Shown: positions 50,301 to 64,000 of the stretch, piece by piece
Position numbering within the stretch: the stretch's first letter is position 1
Layout of the letters: the number at the start of each line of letters is the position of its first letter
NCBI GenBank assembly: GCA_001949185.1
Contig: BDGG01000003.1
Span: forward strand, 1,148,875-1,212,874
DNA: 64,000 nt
From: Ramazzottius varieornatus
Lineage: Eukaryota; Animalia; Tardigrada
Direction: 5' to 3'
Notes under the pieces: generated by a model
The model's input: the letters and a program-made list of their open reading frames with translations, nothing else
What the model was told of the DNA's origin: nothing
Databases searched by the model: none
Made by a program: the position numbers and the translations under genes

Positions 50301-51335
50301 AGATCCGGGGAAGGAGTTCGCGGACGGAAGCCACTTTGAAAAACCAGTTGCGACAGGTCTCTTTGGCGAACTCCAGGTTCTGGTTGTCGTTGTGCCCGCT
50401 TTCAGCTTTTTCTTGAATCCTGTCGTGGACAAGTTGACCGAAGGTTTCCAAGACTTCGGTAATCAGGACGAACTTGCTCGGGTAGAAGCTGAGCGGCGCT
50501 GTGTCCGACAGCAGCTTGGCGAGCTGTATGGCGATCTTCAGCGCTGTAACGCGTTGATCGTCTCTCCAGGCGGCTTGTAGCTTGTGATGAAGTTGGTCTA
50601 GCCGAGCGATGTATTCTTGCTGCGTGAGGTTGAGGACTTCTTTAACGGTTCCGACCTCGACATTGTCCAGTTGTTCCAATGATTCCAATCTAGACTGAAA
50701 AACAAACCGGAAAGTTCATGCAACAACCAAATAAAGCATAAGCTGTTCAATCAAACGCTCAATGCACATTATAGGTTGATTGGCTGACACCAAACATCAG
50801 CTTGATTGAAAAACAAACAGGCGCGATTTGATTGACTGGCGCTGAATTTTCAAACCTGGATTTTGCCCGCGACGGAAGCGCTTCTCGCCGTCACGATTGG
50901 AGCAACCTTCTCCTCACCGGGAAGAAAGCTGGAACTGAATGTCATCTTCTCCGTGGTTGTGTACTGCGTGAGGATAGCTTCTTTCTTAATGTTCCAGGGG
51001 CCCACGAGTTCTTCTTTAGTCAACATGCCGTCGATTTTCCGGAGAGGTGTTTTGAACGATGGAGGCATACTTGGATACTCTGCAGTGTCCGCCATAGCCA
51101 AAAGAGGATCGACGAAGGTGGCTGTCTTCTTCGTCACAGTCTGCGGAGTAGTCTGATCGGGCTTTGGTGCAGTAGAAGGCTTGGAGGTCGTTCCATTCGT
51201 AGTGACGCCTGTTGCTTTCGGTGTAGAAGCCAGAGGATGTGTCCGGGCTGGTGTCCTTTGCAATCCATGTTCTCGAGCTTCGCGGACATAGTTCCGTGGC
51301 TTGGGGTACCATTTAAATACGAGTTCATCGTCCAT
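47398..51335 (-). CDS. VPS35L: VPS35-like Retriever complex subunit (C16orf62), multi-exon
   Basis: HPL...FVDPLL...PWNIKKEAILTQYTT; LTQQEYIARL...QRVTALKIAIQ...FYPSKFVLITEVLETFG...[62 protein letters not shown]. Confidence 0.95.
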
Positions 51336-51809
51336 GTTTGAACCAGTAACAGGCAGAGAGTTACTCGGGAGTCGGGAAAATATCCTGCAGAATTTTGCTT
51401 CCTTGCAAGTTGCAAGCTTGCAAGGACGTACGTACAGAGCGGATCCGTTCTACAATCCAGTTTCTTGGTTTGATTGATCATTTTACCACCTTCTTCGCAC
51501 GCGGCGCGGGCGACAGGACCAGTGTTCGGGAGATGAACAGAACCCGTACTTCCACATGACCTGCCAAAACTGCTGATTAATGGTACTTCATGCCGCGTCA
51601 TGAAAAAACAATGTGACTTGATTCGTTGATCTAAACGCAAGAGACGTGTGGGTTAGCATTGATTTTGATTGAAGGATGAATTTTTCGGCAGGCCAAGCAA
51701 AATTTGCTTTGGTGTTTCCGTCTCCGTCGGGATCTGTTCACCTCCCGATCACTGGACAGAACCAGAAAAACCGACAGGTGTAATGATGAGTATTACACGC
51801 AGATGGTCC

Positions 51810-52220
51810 GTGTAATGTAAAGTGTAATGTAAAATAGGGTAATTGTAAAACTGTAATTACATTTACACTAGTTTACATTTTACAGACCGAGCGGTTTGCA
51901 ACGCCTAAAAGTGACAAGAAGCGACGAAAACGACGACCAGCCATGTCTATGTTTGCATAGGATATAGATCTTAGTAATTGTCTTCCAGACAAAGATAAAA
52001 ATACGGTTGCAAAATGACCATACTCAGGAAGTTTCTGACATTTTTCCGCTAAGTCAGCCGAATTTTAGACTTCTGGCGGCAAAATACTCAAAAGTACCGC
52101 AGATTCTGGCAGATAAAAGTTGTAATTACATTTTGCATTTACGTTACAACTTCCCCGTGGTTGTAATGTCGTGTAAAAGTGTAATTGTAATGTAAAATGT
52201 AATGTAATGTAAAATGTAAT
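51810..52220. repeat. Two TGTAA/TTACA-rich low-complexity blocks in the VPS35L-PSMA7 divergent interval
   Basis: Runs of tgtaa/ttaca at ~51810..51885 and ~52120..52220. Confidence 0.7.
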
Positions 52221-52472
52221 CCTCATCATTAGACAGGTGGACAAGCCTTGTCGCCCTGGCGAAAATACCAAGCGGAACGGACTGACACAGCAATAAATTT
52301 ACCGAGTTGCTTGACTTTGATTGCTCGCCGTTTTCCTCAAGATGAGTTTTTCCTCTCAGTGTTTTCGTTTTCTTCTGTCTCAGAATCTCGAATCTTCCCA
52401 GTGCACTGTCACTTATTGTGGTGACCAGGTAGAGGAGAAGACGGAAGAAGGCTTGTGATCTGTGGAGGATAA

Positions 52473-53749
<1,277 letters not shown>

Positions 53750-54247
53750 TAGGGCATCTGTTTCTATAAATTTTGTTCTTTCTCCCACCTTCGCCTACTT
53801 TTGAACCCATCGTTTTCTGGAAGCAACAGTTTCCTCCTCTTTTACTGGAGTTTCTGGATGGGGAGATAGGCTGAGAACAGGAAGTTGGTGGAAATTATGC
53901 TGACAACGTTTTCTGGCAATTCGGCAACCAAGACGACGTTCCCGAAATCCAACACCCAAGAAATTTAATCGAAGGTTCGTGCGGCCGAAGGTTCAATAAC
54001 AGCTTGAGAGTAATCTAAAGGGGCAGGGGAAGTTATCGAAAAATGCAACAACAAGAGATGAGAGCCACAAAGCCACTTCCTTCGTAATCACGATTTCATA
54101 AAAGACTGCAAAATTTTATTAAAGAACACGCATCATTCTGACAAGACGGAAAAGCTATCGGCATTCTTAGAAAACTATCCAGAAGCTAGCGCCACAGCCG
54201 AAAGTTTTTCAGGCTCTAGCAAGAAAGACACGTTCCGCTGAAGATAT

Positions 54248-54931
54248 TCACCCGACGTTATGAATAGCCATCCGGAATATGTGGTTGGTGATGAAGAAAT
54301 TGTTGTTGGTCGCCCTCAGTACGAACGTCTCCGAGTAAGAATGCACAGGATCTTCGTCAGTCTGAGAAGAGAAACATGAAACGAACAGCGAAATGTCGGC
54401 CGAATTACAGAGGTGTGTTTCACCATTGCAAAACATTGACAGAATAATGCACTATCCAATCGAAACGATATAAACGAAGTACAATCAAGCCAATCAACAA
54501 TCAAATACCCACTTTGACCATTCCCATCACGCCAACCAGGACACCGTCGGAGAGAGGCTGACAGTCGACTGTCGTGATGCTTCTTTGGATCTTTTGGAAA
54601 GATAGTTTCTGGAGGGCATACGGATCTTTCCAAACAGGCGGAAGAGAGAGACGAAAAACGTACACTTACCTGAAGGCAAGCCCTGATGGCTTCGACGCCG
54701 GATGCCTTGCTATTCTCGTACGTTTGAAAGCACTGTTCGTTCTGAAACAGATACATCGGCAGTTGAAGAAATTTTCTCATCAGGTAGTGCCCTCATAGCG
54801 TTACTGCTCACCAAGAAAAGGGGGATGAGATTGTTGGCGCGCGATTCCGCATTGGCATTGTCGAAAAGATTGTAGAAGTGCTGAACGAAGGCACCGCCGA
54901 TCTCCTCGAACTGGACTCGAAAATCAGCCAT
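54248..54931 (-). CDS. NUTF2: Nuclear transport factor 2 (4 exons)
   Basis: FEEIGGAFVQHFYNLFD...TYE...LSFQKIQRSITTVDCQP...VMGMVKTDEDPVHSYSETFVL...IFRMAIHN. Confidence 0.93.
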
Positions 54932-55405
54932 GATCGAACACCTTCCCCACAGAGACCCGAAGGTACAATGTGAAGCCTCCCCGAACACGTTCCAGCGAAG
55001 AGGATAGAAGAGGATCTGGATGGACTTCGGCGAAGAGTTGGAAATCTTGATGAACAAAAATGGGTATTTTTCAGAATCAAGAATCAAATCTTTGTAGGCA
55101 GCGGTGGACCGGTGGACCGTGGATTTACTCAGCCTAATATACAAAATCACGGGTCTGTCACGTACGACCCACCAAGAACCGCTGCAAACAGGGTCTCCGT
55201 CGTAAGGGAGCAAACCCTACCTCGACTGAACAGGAGACCCAATGTTCGAACAACATTCGGAACAGCATTCTTCATATGGAAAATATTGATTAGATTGCCG
55301 TTTCAAAGTTGGGCTGCACTTGATGTTGCGAAACCGTTCCGTGTTTTGGATGATTCACTGAGTAGAGTAAATCACCTGTGCATCGCTGTTTGTAGGGCCG
55401 TGCAG

Positions 55406-55818
55406 TCGAGCCCTGCAGCAGTAGCTGAAACAAGTGCTGCTTCTGCAGTGCATCCGGTTCCCAGAAACTGTCACTGCACTGCATCTGCATTTTTCTGCTG
55501 TTTTTCTGCACTGCATGTAGATATTCAGAGTTTCTGCCTGCCAGCGGAAATACATGTCGAACACATCGTAAACGTCACTGTTTTACGAAGATTTAACCGA
55601 AAAACGGTAGAATCCAGCCAGAAAATGCAGAAAAAGCTGATTTTACCACCGGTACTGTTTTAGGGCAACAAAAGTATACTGCGACGAACGGTGCTCGTTT
55701 TTTCAAAACTGCAGCTGCACTGCAACTGCACTTTCTCACCACTTCGGTGACTACAACCGCACTGCATTGCAGTAAAATGCAGTGCAGTGCGAAACGTGCT
55801 GCATGTTGCAGGGCTCTA
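55406..55818. mobile_element. hAT-type MITE with 8-bp TSD
   Basis: ccgtgcag|tcgagccctgcagca ... tgttgcagggctcta|ccgtgcag. TIR matches 13/15; many CTGCA/TGCAG subterminal motifs. Confidence 0.85.
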
Positions 55819-56444
55819 CCGTGCAGTATTCGTCAATCGTTACGTAAACTTCTACTGACGTACTTCTGACACCAAAGCCGGTTTAGCTTGGCCTGATGAC
55901 CCTGATCTAAAACCAGATGCTCAATCAAATCTGAACGGAAATCAAGTGGAATCTGAGTTTATTTAAAATATCAAGTCACTAGGTTTCTGGTGCGATTTGC
56001 TCAGATCATCATCACTTAGCATTTTTGGCAAGCCATTCGGAAGGTCGGTAAAAATTTGCTTGGCGAACACTGAGGCAGTATTTTGTAATTTATACCCAGA
56101 CCTTCGTGACGCCGGGAAGCTGTCGGATCACCCCTGTTTCCGAAACTGCAGGTCTCAAACTCACCACCTGACTTGACCAAAGTCCGCAGTTTTCGGCGGT
56201 TCAGTCCTCGCCCCTGCGGGGTGGTCGTTTTCAGTTCGTTCTTTTGGACTTCCTACCTCTGGAGCTCCGAGTTCTGGTGAAACTCAATCGGAAGTTCAAA
56301 CGTCTTTAGGGTGATCCCGACAAGTTGGGCGGATTTTGAGTTTGAATAAAGAAATGAGCAGTGCTCTCACTTCTTCGAAGAGTCCGTGAAACCTCGGATA
56401 TACGACGCGCGCAACTCAGTCCTGACACTTAGGAAATGGAGGCA

Positions 56445-57610
56445 TGAAGTGGACAGTAGAGGACGATAAGCAGTTGACGGCTGCATGCTCATCGACAGCA
56501 ACCAACCATCTTCCAGATGGCATGCTTCTGGGTGTCTTTGAACATCTCGATGCCTACAGTCGCCTTCGTAAGAAACTGTAAGTGGTTAGTCTTCCGTCTC
56601 ATGCCTTGAAAACACGCTTTGAGATTCCGTACCCTATTTTTGCAGAGTGCGAAAAATGGAATCCGTTGCTGGACTCAAAACAGCTGACGACCAAGGACGC
56701 TTCCTGAACGCCGAATACATTTTCGCAGAGAACGATTCCCTAGGGAAGCTGAAAGAACTGTCGGATACTTTCCAGGTTTCGGATGAAAACGTGGAGAAAC
56801 TCTGGGAGGAAATGTAGGTTGTAGTTATTACTGCAGGTTGCTACCTGTATCAGCAGTTCCACGGCGCCGATGGCGCACTTGCGGTCTGCGACAGCATTCA
56901 CGAGACTCTCTTCACACTGGGTACCTCGAGTCCTCGACTTTGACAAACACCTCCGGGATTGGAGAAACTTACGGTGAGGCAGTTGGTAATAGCATCTTGC
57001 TCGCTCTGCTTCTGGGCTCAAAGACCAAACGTGTTATGTTCTGTACCAGTGCACTTCTGGAGCAACTGTTCGTGATCACTCCGAAATATCCGCTCCCTCG
57101 CATAATGTGGACCAACGAGCACGTGGAAGAGATAGTCCTCCGGGAGTGCCAGATAATTTTTCACCCTATCCTGCCGGAAGAAAATGCGAGAGGAACCGTA
57201 AGCAATCTGATCTTGCGTCCGCGAAGCATTGAGGCAGCCGGAGGTTCCACGATCTGATGTGTGATGTCTGAGATGCCGCCGACTACCAACCGGACATTGC
57301 CGCGTGCGAGAAGTGCATGGAGAAACCACTGGTGAACTGTGAGGACAAGCTTATAGCTGCAGTGGGAGACGCACAGTTGCTGATAGACTGGCGAAAGTCA
57401 CTCTCAACGGTCCTCCAGGAATAACCTTCCTTCATGTGCCCAAAAGTAAGGCCAAACGTTTAGTAACGCAGTGTGTTTCATGCACACAGGGACCCGATTT
57501 TCGCGATGGGGGTTGGGACTGATACCGGAGACCTGATTGCAGACACAACTTTTCTAAAATGGAGAAGTCATCCTTGTTACTGCTTATTAGTATCTGGTTG
57601 AAACTTGTGG
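56445..57610 (+). pseudogene. Degenerate F-box protein gene
   Basis: TNHLPDGMLLGVFEHLDAYSRLR followed after an intron by CEKWNPLL (F-box pattern). Downstream frames are broken by stops and frameshifts. Confidence 0.55.
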
Positions 57611-58016
57611 CTGCTTAGTTGTGGAACCAATTGAGAGTACATGTCGTTTCTGAACAGAAGAAGCCAAATCTGTTTATAATGACACTTCGGAATAGCTCTC
57701 CCTCTCTTTATGTACCCGTATCTATGTGCTGCCACAGTACGTCCTGCTTCGATTCAAAGCCTAGCCTTACGCCTTTGTTAAGCGATGCAGGGAGCGAATG
57801 AGGAATGCAGATTTCTCATTCGCTTTCTGTTCTTGCTCCCATCCCCTTTTATAGCATATATTTTTCATCTTTACCGGTACGGTGGTTTCAGAGGTTATTG
57901 AATCCTTACTCCATGCAGTGCACGTTTTCTCTTGTGATGAGAGTTAGAATTACGAACAAACATATACTGTAAAAGTCTGTATGATACGCACGAAATTTAA
58001 GTAAGCTCATAGCAAC

Positions 58017-60963
58017 TCAAGAACGAAGTTTATCAAAGGCGGAAAACCCGCTGACCTTGGTGGGGTCTATCAACCGGTAGGCAGCAATACTCCGGAAGTA
58101 GTGGCTGGCTCTACGTTTCCTGGTATAAAGCACATCGGGGTCCACGCGCCACCAGTAGCCCTCCAAAGCCTGTTTCGCGGCCTGGTATCTGCAATACGGT
58201 CTCTTACACTTCGATAATCCTGAAAATTTGTTAAGGCCACACTTTCCTCAGAGTAAGTTTTGAAGAAAAAGAAACTGCTGAATACCTGACAAAAATGACC
58301 GTTATACCAAGGCCCACCACCATCACAACAATCAGAGCTATGAGGGTGTACACAGTTTCTAGTTTGCGGCCACCTAACAAACCATAAGGTCAGCTGAAGA
58401 GCAGAAAGCCTTTGTTTCTGTTGTTCTGGCTGGTCTCTTACCATTTTCAGGGATGCATCCCCCTGCCAGCATCGAGAAACCGCAAGGCGGCTCGTTGGCA
58501 GGTAAAGTGTGCTGACCGTGCCATATGGGTTTTGCAACTTGGCTCCAAGCGAAAGCCCCATTGTCGATTGTTGAGTACAGGAAGCTCTGTGATCACACGA
58601 CCAGTCACAACAGGCAACCTTCTTGCTAACTTTATCGTCGCGAAAGATGCTTGAATGTTTTATGTCAGTGCCGCCATCTGTTCGTGGGTTACGTATGGGC
58701 TCACCTCGAAGGCGCCCTCTTCATTGTCAAAATACTGCACCGATATGGAAGGTTGACGGTCACCGTAACGATCAATCGTCACGGGACCTACTTCCGTTCT
58801 GTAAGTCCGGTCGACGAACTCAAGTGCCAGTTTTCTTCCGTTCGATATGTCGAAGTCAGTATTACGAGACAGAGTTTCGTTCAAAACCTGCATGAAAGAC
58901 CAAACGCTTTGCTGAATGTAGTCGACGGAGCTTGAAGTCAAGGTCATTCGATCATGTGTTATATCATATTGCTAAGAGGTAAGAACAATTACCAAAATAT
59001 GTTTTGTGAACAAAAGGATTACGATACGTACTTGTCCCAGAATCTCTATGGCGGCATGAGTGGCTGTTAGTTGTGGCATTGGCTAAGAAATTAGGCATTT
59101 ATCAGGCAATCAATAAAGCCTCAACTAGTGGGGACTTGGCCAAGTTTGAGATGGCCATCGGCTACCTCAGAGATAGTCAAAGTGACCTTTTGGCTATCAA
59201 TTGCAGCCAAAGACAGCCAAGCCAATGGCTATCTCCGTTTGTGAGCGATAGCTAACAGGTCACTTCGGGTATGTCATAGTTTAATTTCGTTCGCCCTCAG
59301 CGTATGGCTTGACGATCAAATTACGCATGTGTCCTTGACACAAATTGGAGCTAAAATTCATATTATTACCCGAAGGCTTTTCGTACCGGCTGGTCATGAA
59401 GATCTGTGTTGTTGAAGAAAGGATTTGTGCGGTACGAACTGATCCACTTCCGGGTTAGGATTTCCCTCTCGGATGTCTGATGGCGTTTTAAGTCGATCAT
59501 GACGACGAAAAAAACACTGGCATATGCCTCGCGAACTGTCTATATGGAGTAAAGACAAGTTGACAGTTAAACGGCAGGTTGACCTAGGTCCGCGCATTCA
59601 GGAATTCATGTTACGCGTACGGACCTCGTCACTTTCATCTCCGGATTTCCATGTGAAGTTTCCGAAAATCTTGTGGTCGAATGGCTGTGTCGCGATATAT
59701 ACCTGATCATATTACAACATAATTGAATCAATTTAGATCTCCAGTCAGCTTGATACCATAGGCTACGCATTATCGGAATGACGCACATGTTCCCCGTTTG
59801 TCATGTTTTTCGAATGCGCCGCCAACTGTAATGTCAGTAACTGAGGATTAGATTGCATAATGTTAGATGGCTTGTCACGGGGATCCACCTACCAGCAGTT
59901 TCCGAAGTTGAGGAGGTTGAGCAAAAACCAGCATAACTGGAAAGGTCAGCAATTGATGGCGTAACCCGAGTCAGCGTTCAGACTCATATTTCATCCCCCA
60001 AAGCAAGGTTGTACTTACTGCGGCTCCGACGGGAAAATTCCTCGAGTAAGCCGTCAAAATTGAGCTCTCCGATTTTTGAAGAATAAGTTACGCTGGTTGC
60101 ATGGACGTGCTTCAGCTTGAGCAAACTGAGAGTTTGGCGAGAGACGAAGGAGTAATACACGACGGCGCTTTCGTCCGTGAAAACAAAAACTGATGTCCAG
60201 TTATTCATCTTGAGAAGCTGGTAAAAACTTTCACCGTAGTAGAGCGATGGATATTGGTTGGTGTTGATCCAAGTGGGGCTTTTATCTTTGTCTTTGATAA
60301 TGACGTCCGAGCTTGTTCTAAAGACATTGCAACTTGGAACGACCACTTACACTATTTTAGACTCTGCTAACACTCTTCAGCATCTACAAGTTCACTTACG
60401 TCGTTATTAGCAAGATATTCCAGCCGGCAGCCATCTGATTGAGGAACAGTGCTTCGATGCAACCTGCAACAATCGAAATACCAATTAGTACTCTGCTTAC
60501 TTCCAGCTGCTTGTCCGAAAAGATTACTGCCACAATGTAGTTACCAGAGTTGTGGTTTAATCTCTAAATTACCCGGTGTGATGATCACGACGGTGCCATT
60601 TGTACCGCTCGTCTTCGATTTCAACAAATACTCGTAGTAATATTCCGCTAGCATATTCTGGACATTGCCCTGTAGCAGTGCGCAGTCCTTTATTCGGTTA
60701 TCGAACAGGAAAGTATGGTTGACGCCGAATTTCCGGTAGTAATTCATCCTCAACAACTCGACACCCGATTCAAAAGCAGGTCCAGCTAACGTTATCGACG
60801 ACAAAGCAGCTGACCCCTGCAGCCCAGGAGAAACAATTTCGACCTGAGGCAGAGCTCTACGCTCTGATGTGATGCCCAAGACGAAGGAAAATCGCAGAGC
60901 GTGGCAGATGAATGTGACAGTCGAACACTTTGCGCCCACAGATTTAAAGACTGGCGCGATCAT
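58017..60963 (-). CDS. Single-pass ANF-receptor-family protein (natriuretic peptide receptor/receptor guanylyl cyclase ectodomain) with short cytoplasmic tail
   Basis: LAGPAFESGVE, LLKMNNWTSVFVFTD, NMTNGEHV, GPVTIDRYGDR, juxtamembrane WHGQHTLPANEPPCGF, TM helix VYTLIALIVVMVVGLGITVIFV, then RYQAAKQALEGYWWRVDPDVL...KLRS*. Confidence 0.8.
59065..59258. mobile_element. Possible small intronic MITE
   Basis: Ends ctgttagttgt / atagctaacag with repeated tggct/agcca motifs inside. No clear TSD. Confidence 0.35.
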
Positions 60964-62385
60964 TGCCGAAGCAAGGCGTCAACTGCATTTACTGTAGGAC
61001 CGTAAAGACATTAATGCCGACGACAACAACGTCTGGTGTCGGAGTTAAATCTTCTTCGGGTCAAGTGTACTCCGGGTCAATCTTCTTTAAGTAATTTTCT
61101 TCGGGTCAGAGTAAAGTCCAATCATCTTCCTCTCAAATTTGTCCATTTACGAGCTTCCGCGTCACACGTTAGCCTGGAAGCGATGACACAATTAGCTCAT
61201 CGGGGATGCGACAAAGAGCTGAAGAGCTGACATACGGGAACACGCAATAACTTTTTGCCAGATGGCGTGTACGCTAGCAATCATTCATATTCGCGGCAGT
61301 GGTAACTTGCACCAGTCTCGAGATAACGGAAGTGCAAAGGGGCGTATGACCGCAACCGGAAAGATTTGAGAGGACGTGATACTTTACACGTCCATCGTCA
61401 CAGACCCGTGTTGCGGTATAGTAAACCGGGTCTACAGCACGCGATAACCGAATAGGCCACTCATTCGAGCTGGTGAAATTTGGCGGCTCATTGCTATTTT
61501 GCAGTCTCGGAAGCGGGGAGAAAAAAGTCATCACACGGATCACATCAGGAACGATCTCGGATGTACAGCCGGACTACCTCATTGCAACCTTTCTAGTGTG
61601 GTGGTCCGCACTGGCAGTGTGGGTTGACTATAGTGAAAAATGTGTATACAGCAAAAATAGCGAAAACGACGAACGCTGATTCGAACAGATGTAAAAAACC
61701 ATCACCCACTCATCCAGGCAGTGTTGTATCGATAGTGCGATTATATCAAGCAAAATCACGTGACAGTGTTAAGTTTACGGGAGCACGTGGTCCAATCGAA
61801 ATTTAACAATGGATTTGAATTATTAATACGATGATCGTAATTCAAATCGTTTCAATTTCGATATGCAGTCATTCTGCATTCAATCAAGTAGACACCGTCG
61901 ACTACAATTAATACGCTTTTAATTATTGAATCAATTGAGCAGTGGACAAAGTAACTCAGGTGTCACGTGGTAAAATTCCCGCTTGTTGAAAGATTACGGG
62001 CTAGCAGTGTTGTTTTAGTTAGTAAAATTAGAAGTAGAACTACCTCGAAACCGGCGTTTTCGACTTTAACTATGCTATTTTAAATTAGCGGTTCCCCAGT
62101 CTGACTTTTGCTAACTAATTTAAAGTAATTTGAAGTCGAACCAGCAGGCTGTAGTAAAATAAAGAAGTAAAAGAATGGAGCACTGTATTTTTACTCAGTA
62201 AAGCAATTTTACTAAGCGAGAGATAGTACGGATATTTAATTAGCAAAACCGTGACTTTATCGCAAATTGGTACGTGCAGTGCGTCGGTTTCGGACCCCGT
62301 TTAAACAGACCCACTGTCTGCTTGTTCGTCTATGGTATGCCATGGACGTGATTACCGTTTCGCTTGCTCCCACTGGCACTGCTGC

Positions 62386-62490
62386 TACAGTACAGTATAG
62401 TACAGTACAGTACGGTATAGTACAGTATAGTACAGTACAGTACAGTACAGTACAGTACAGTGTAGTACAGCACAATATAGCTACAGTACA
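62386..62490. repeat. (TACAG)n microsatellite next to an N-gap
   Basis: Direct reading of tacag/tatag pentamers. Confidence 0.95.
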
Positions 62491-62988
62491 GGAGGAGNNN
62501 NNNNNNNNNNNNNNNNNNNNNNNNNNNNNNNNNNNNNNNNNNNNNNNTGAATTACAGTATTGTCTATCTTACATAAAAAATGTTTCTGTTTACGTAATGC
62601 ATACTTGATACATATCACGCCGTCTGAGACTACTAGGTCAAACATTTCTTCACTGGGTCACACATGCTTACTCCTCCTGTACGCAAACTCTGCAATGTGT
62701 CGTACAAAATGTCATCGATTTGTTGCTTGGAATTTCTATGCTGATATTTTTGCCTTCTGTTAAAGGTTCGTCTCAGAGTTTTGCATGGTTTGCTGTATGC
62801 AGACTAGGTGGAACGATGTCGGCCAAAGACCAGCCGTTTGCATGAACTAAAACTTTCGAAAAAGGTTCGTGAATTAAAATTAAATTTAAATCGGGAAACC
62901 GCAGACTTTCAATTAAGCAAAAGTTTTACTTCTTAAGTTTGGTGCCGGGAGTAATTAAAAGTTGGCAGTTTCGGGGAGTTTTACTTAA

Positions 62989-63775
62989 CACTCTGAGCAC
63001 CACGCGATTTCATGCTGTTAGAATACCAAGGGTACAACTCACTTGCGCACCGTTTTAACTGGTCGAGAGAAGGGGGGCGGTACAAAGCGACCAATCAAAA
63101 TACACTCACGTGAAGTGGCGAACGATACCATATGGAAACAACACTGTGTACCGCCAGTTGACCTGGGTAATGATGCAGTAGATTTACTTTGATATTCGAT
63201 TTCATTTAGATTTCTTCTCGCTGCAGTCTAGACAAAAAACCATCTGTTTTGCTGATCTATGGAGAGAACAAACATGAAGACTACACAGACTGCAAGTGAT
63301 GATACTTCTTCGCCCAAGACTCCGTGGGCAAAATCGACAGCGAGTTGGCTTCTTTTGCAAAGCTTTCGGTTTGCTTGTGTTGGCCATCTCATCTACTGCT
63401 TGATCTGAAGATACTTGGACGCGTGGTACAACGGTCGATACGAATTTCTTCATGCTGAAACTAATACTAGGCGTCGTGGAGCGTCTCAGGAGCTGTCGTT
63501 GCATCATCTTCTTACTAACGTCTTGAAGGAACATCCGACGTTTGGTGGGCAACGTGGAATTCCAACCAGGGTTGATCTCGCACCATATGATGTACGCATC
63601 GAGCGCTGAGATGTCCAGAATGTCGTAAAACAACGCCATCGGCCAACGACTGGTCTTACGTCGACAACTGTAGTTTCCGGTGAGCTGGTCCAGAGTGTCT
63701 ACCCCGGCTTTCGTTCGGTTGTACTCCATCACAATTTCAGGCTTCTCTTCTTTCGAACTTTCGTCAATGTCGCTG
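62989..63775 (-). mobile_element. piggyBac transposon 3' fragment (C-terminal catalytic part plus cysteine-rich domain)
   Basis: KPEIVMEYNRTKAGVDTLDQLTGNYSCRRKTSRWPMALFYDILD...RCRFC...CSLCSLHVCSLH...FCLDC. Candidate terminus TTAA|cactct at 62985..62994. Confidence 0.9.
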
Positions 63776-64000
63776 AAACGTAAAATTACCTTGTGACGTC
63801 AGATGTTCTGTCATCTTGTAAGATAGCTTAGCCGCAACACTGTAAAATTTTAGTGACGTCACGCATCTTTTCGATCAACAATCTCCATGAGTACGCATCT
63901 TTCGTGCATGACGTCACGTCACGAATGATCAGAAGGTGCGCTCGATCAAAGTTATGCTCAAACGTCATGCTTCACTTACGCGTCGAGGTGCATGGAGCTG

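Noticed and set aside
61053-61110. Three CGGGTCA motifs resembling nuclear-receptor half-sites
   Set aside because: Irregular spacing; equally explained by local micro-duplication.
62005-62985. Weak inverted similarity between ~62030..62070 and ~62950..62985
   Set aside because: Too degenerate to define element ends or a TSD by eye.

Overview
Eukaryotic (metazoan) genomic scaffold with short GT-AG introns, compact genes, moderate GC and four N-gaps. It resembles a compact invertebrate genome such as a tardigrade, but that is inference only. No prokaryotic features, CRISPR arrays, rRNA or tRNA were seen. Spliced host genes recognised by hand-translation: an orphan 7TM protein, a BED zinc-finger protein, TTC39, a serpin (split by a gap), an RGK GTPase, OAF, CCDC130/YJU2B, TNFAIP8, an S1 serine protease, VPS35L, PSMA7, NTF2, and a natriuretic-peptide/guanylyl-cyclase-type receptor that appears to lack its cyclase module. 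There is also a decayed paralog of that receptor and an F-box pseudogene. DNA transposons are dense: two defective PIF/Harbinger two-gene units, a piggyBac 3' fragment, and several Tc1/mariner- and hAT-type MITEs. The most unusual items are (1) the intact OAF gene bracketed by two inverted copies of a ~115-bp MITE with identical outer 43 bp and TA flanks, like a composite transposon; (2) a ~590-bp fold-back with G:U-biased mismatches, a hairpin-RNA candidate; and (3) a cyclase-less receptor family undergoing birth and death. Exon boundaries are manual calls.
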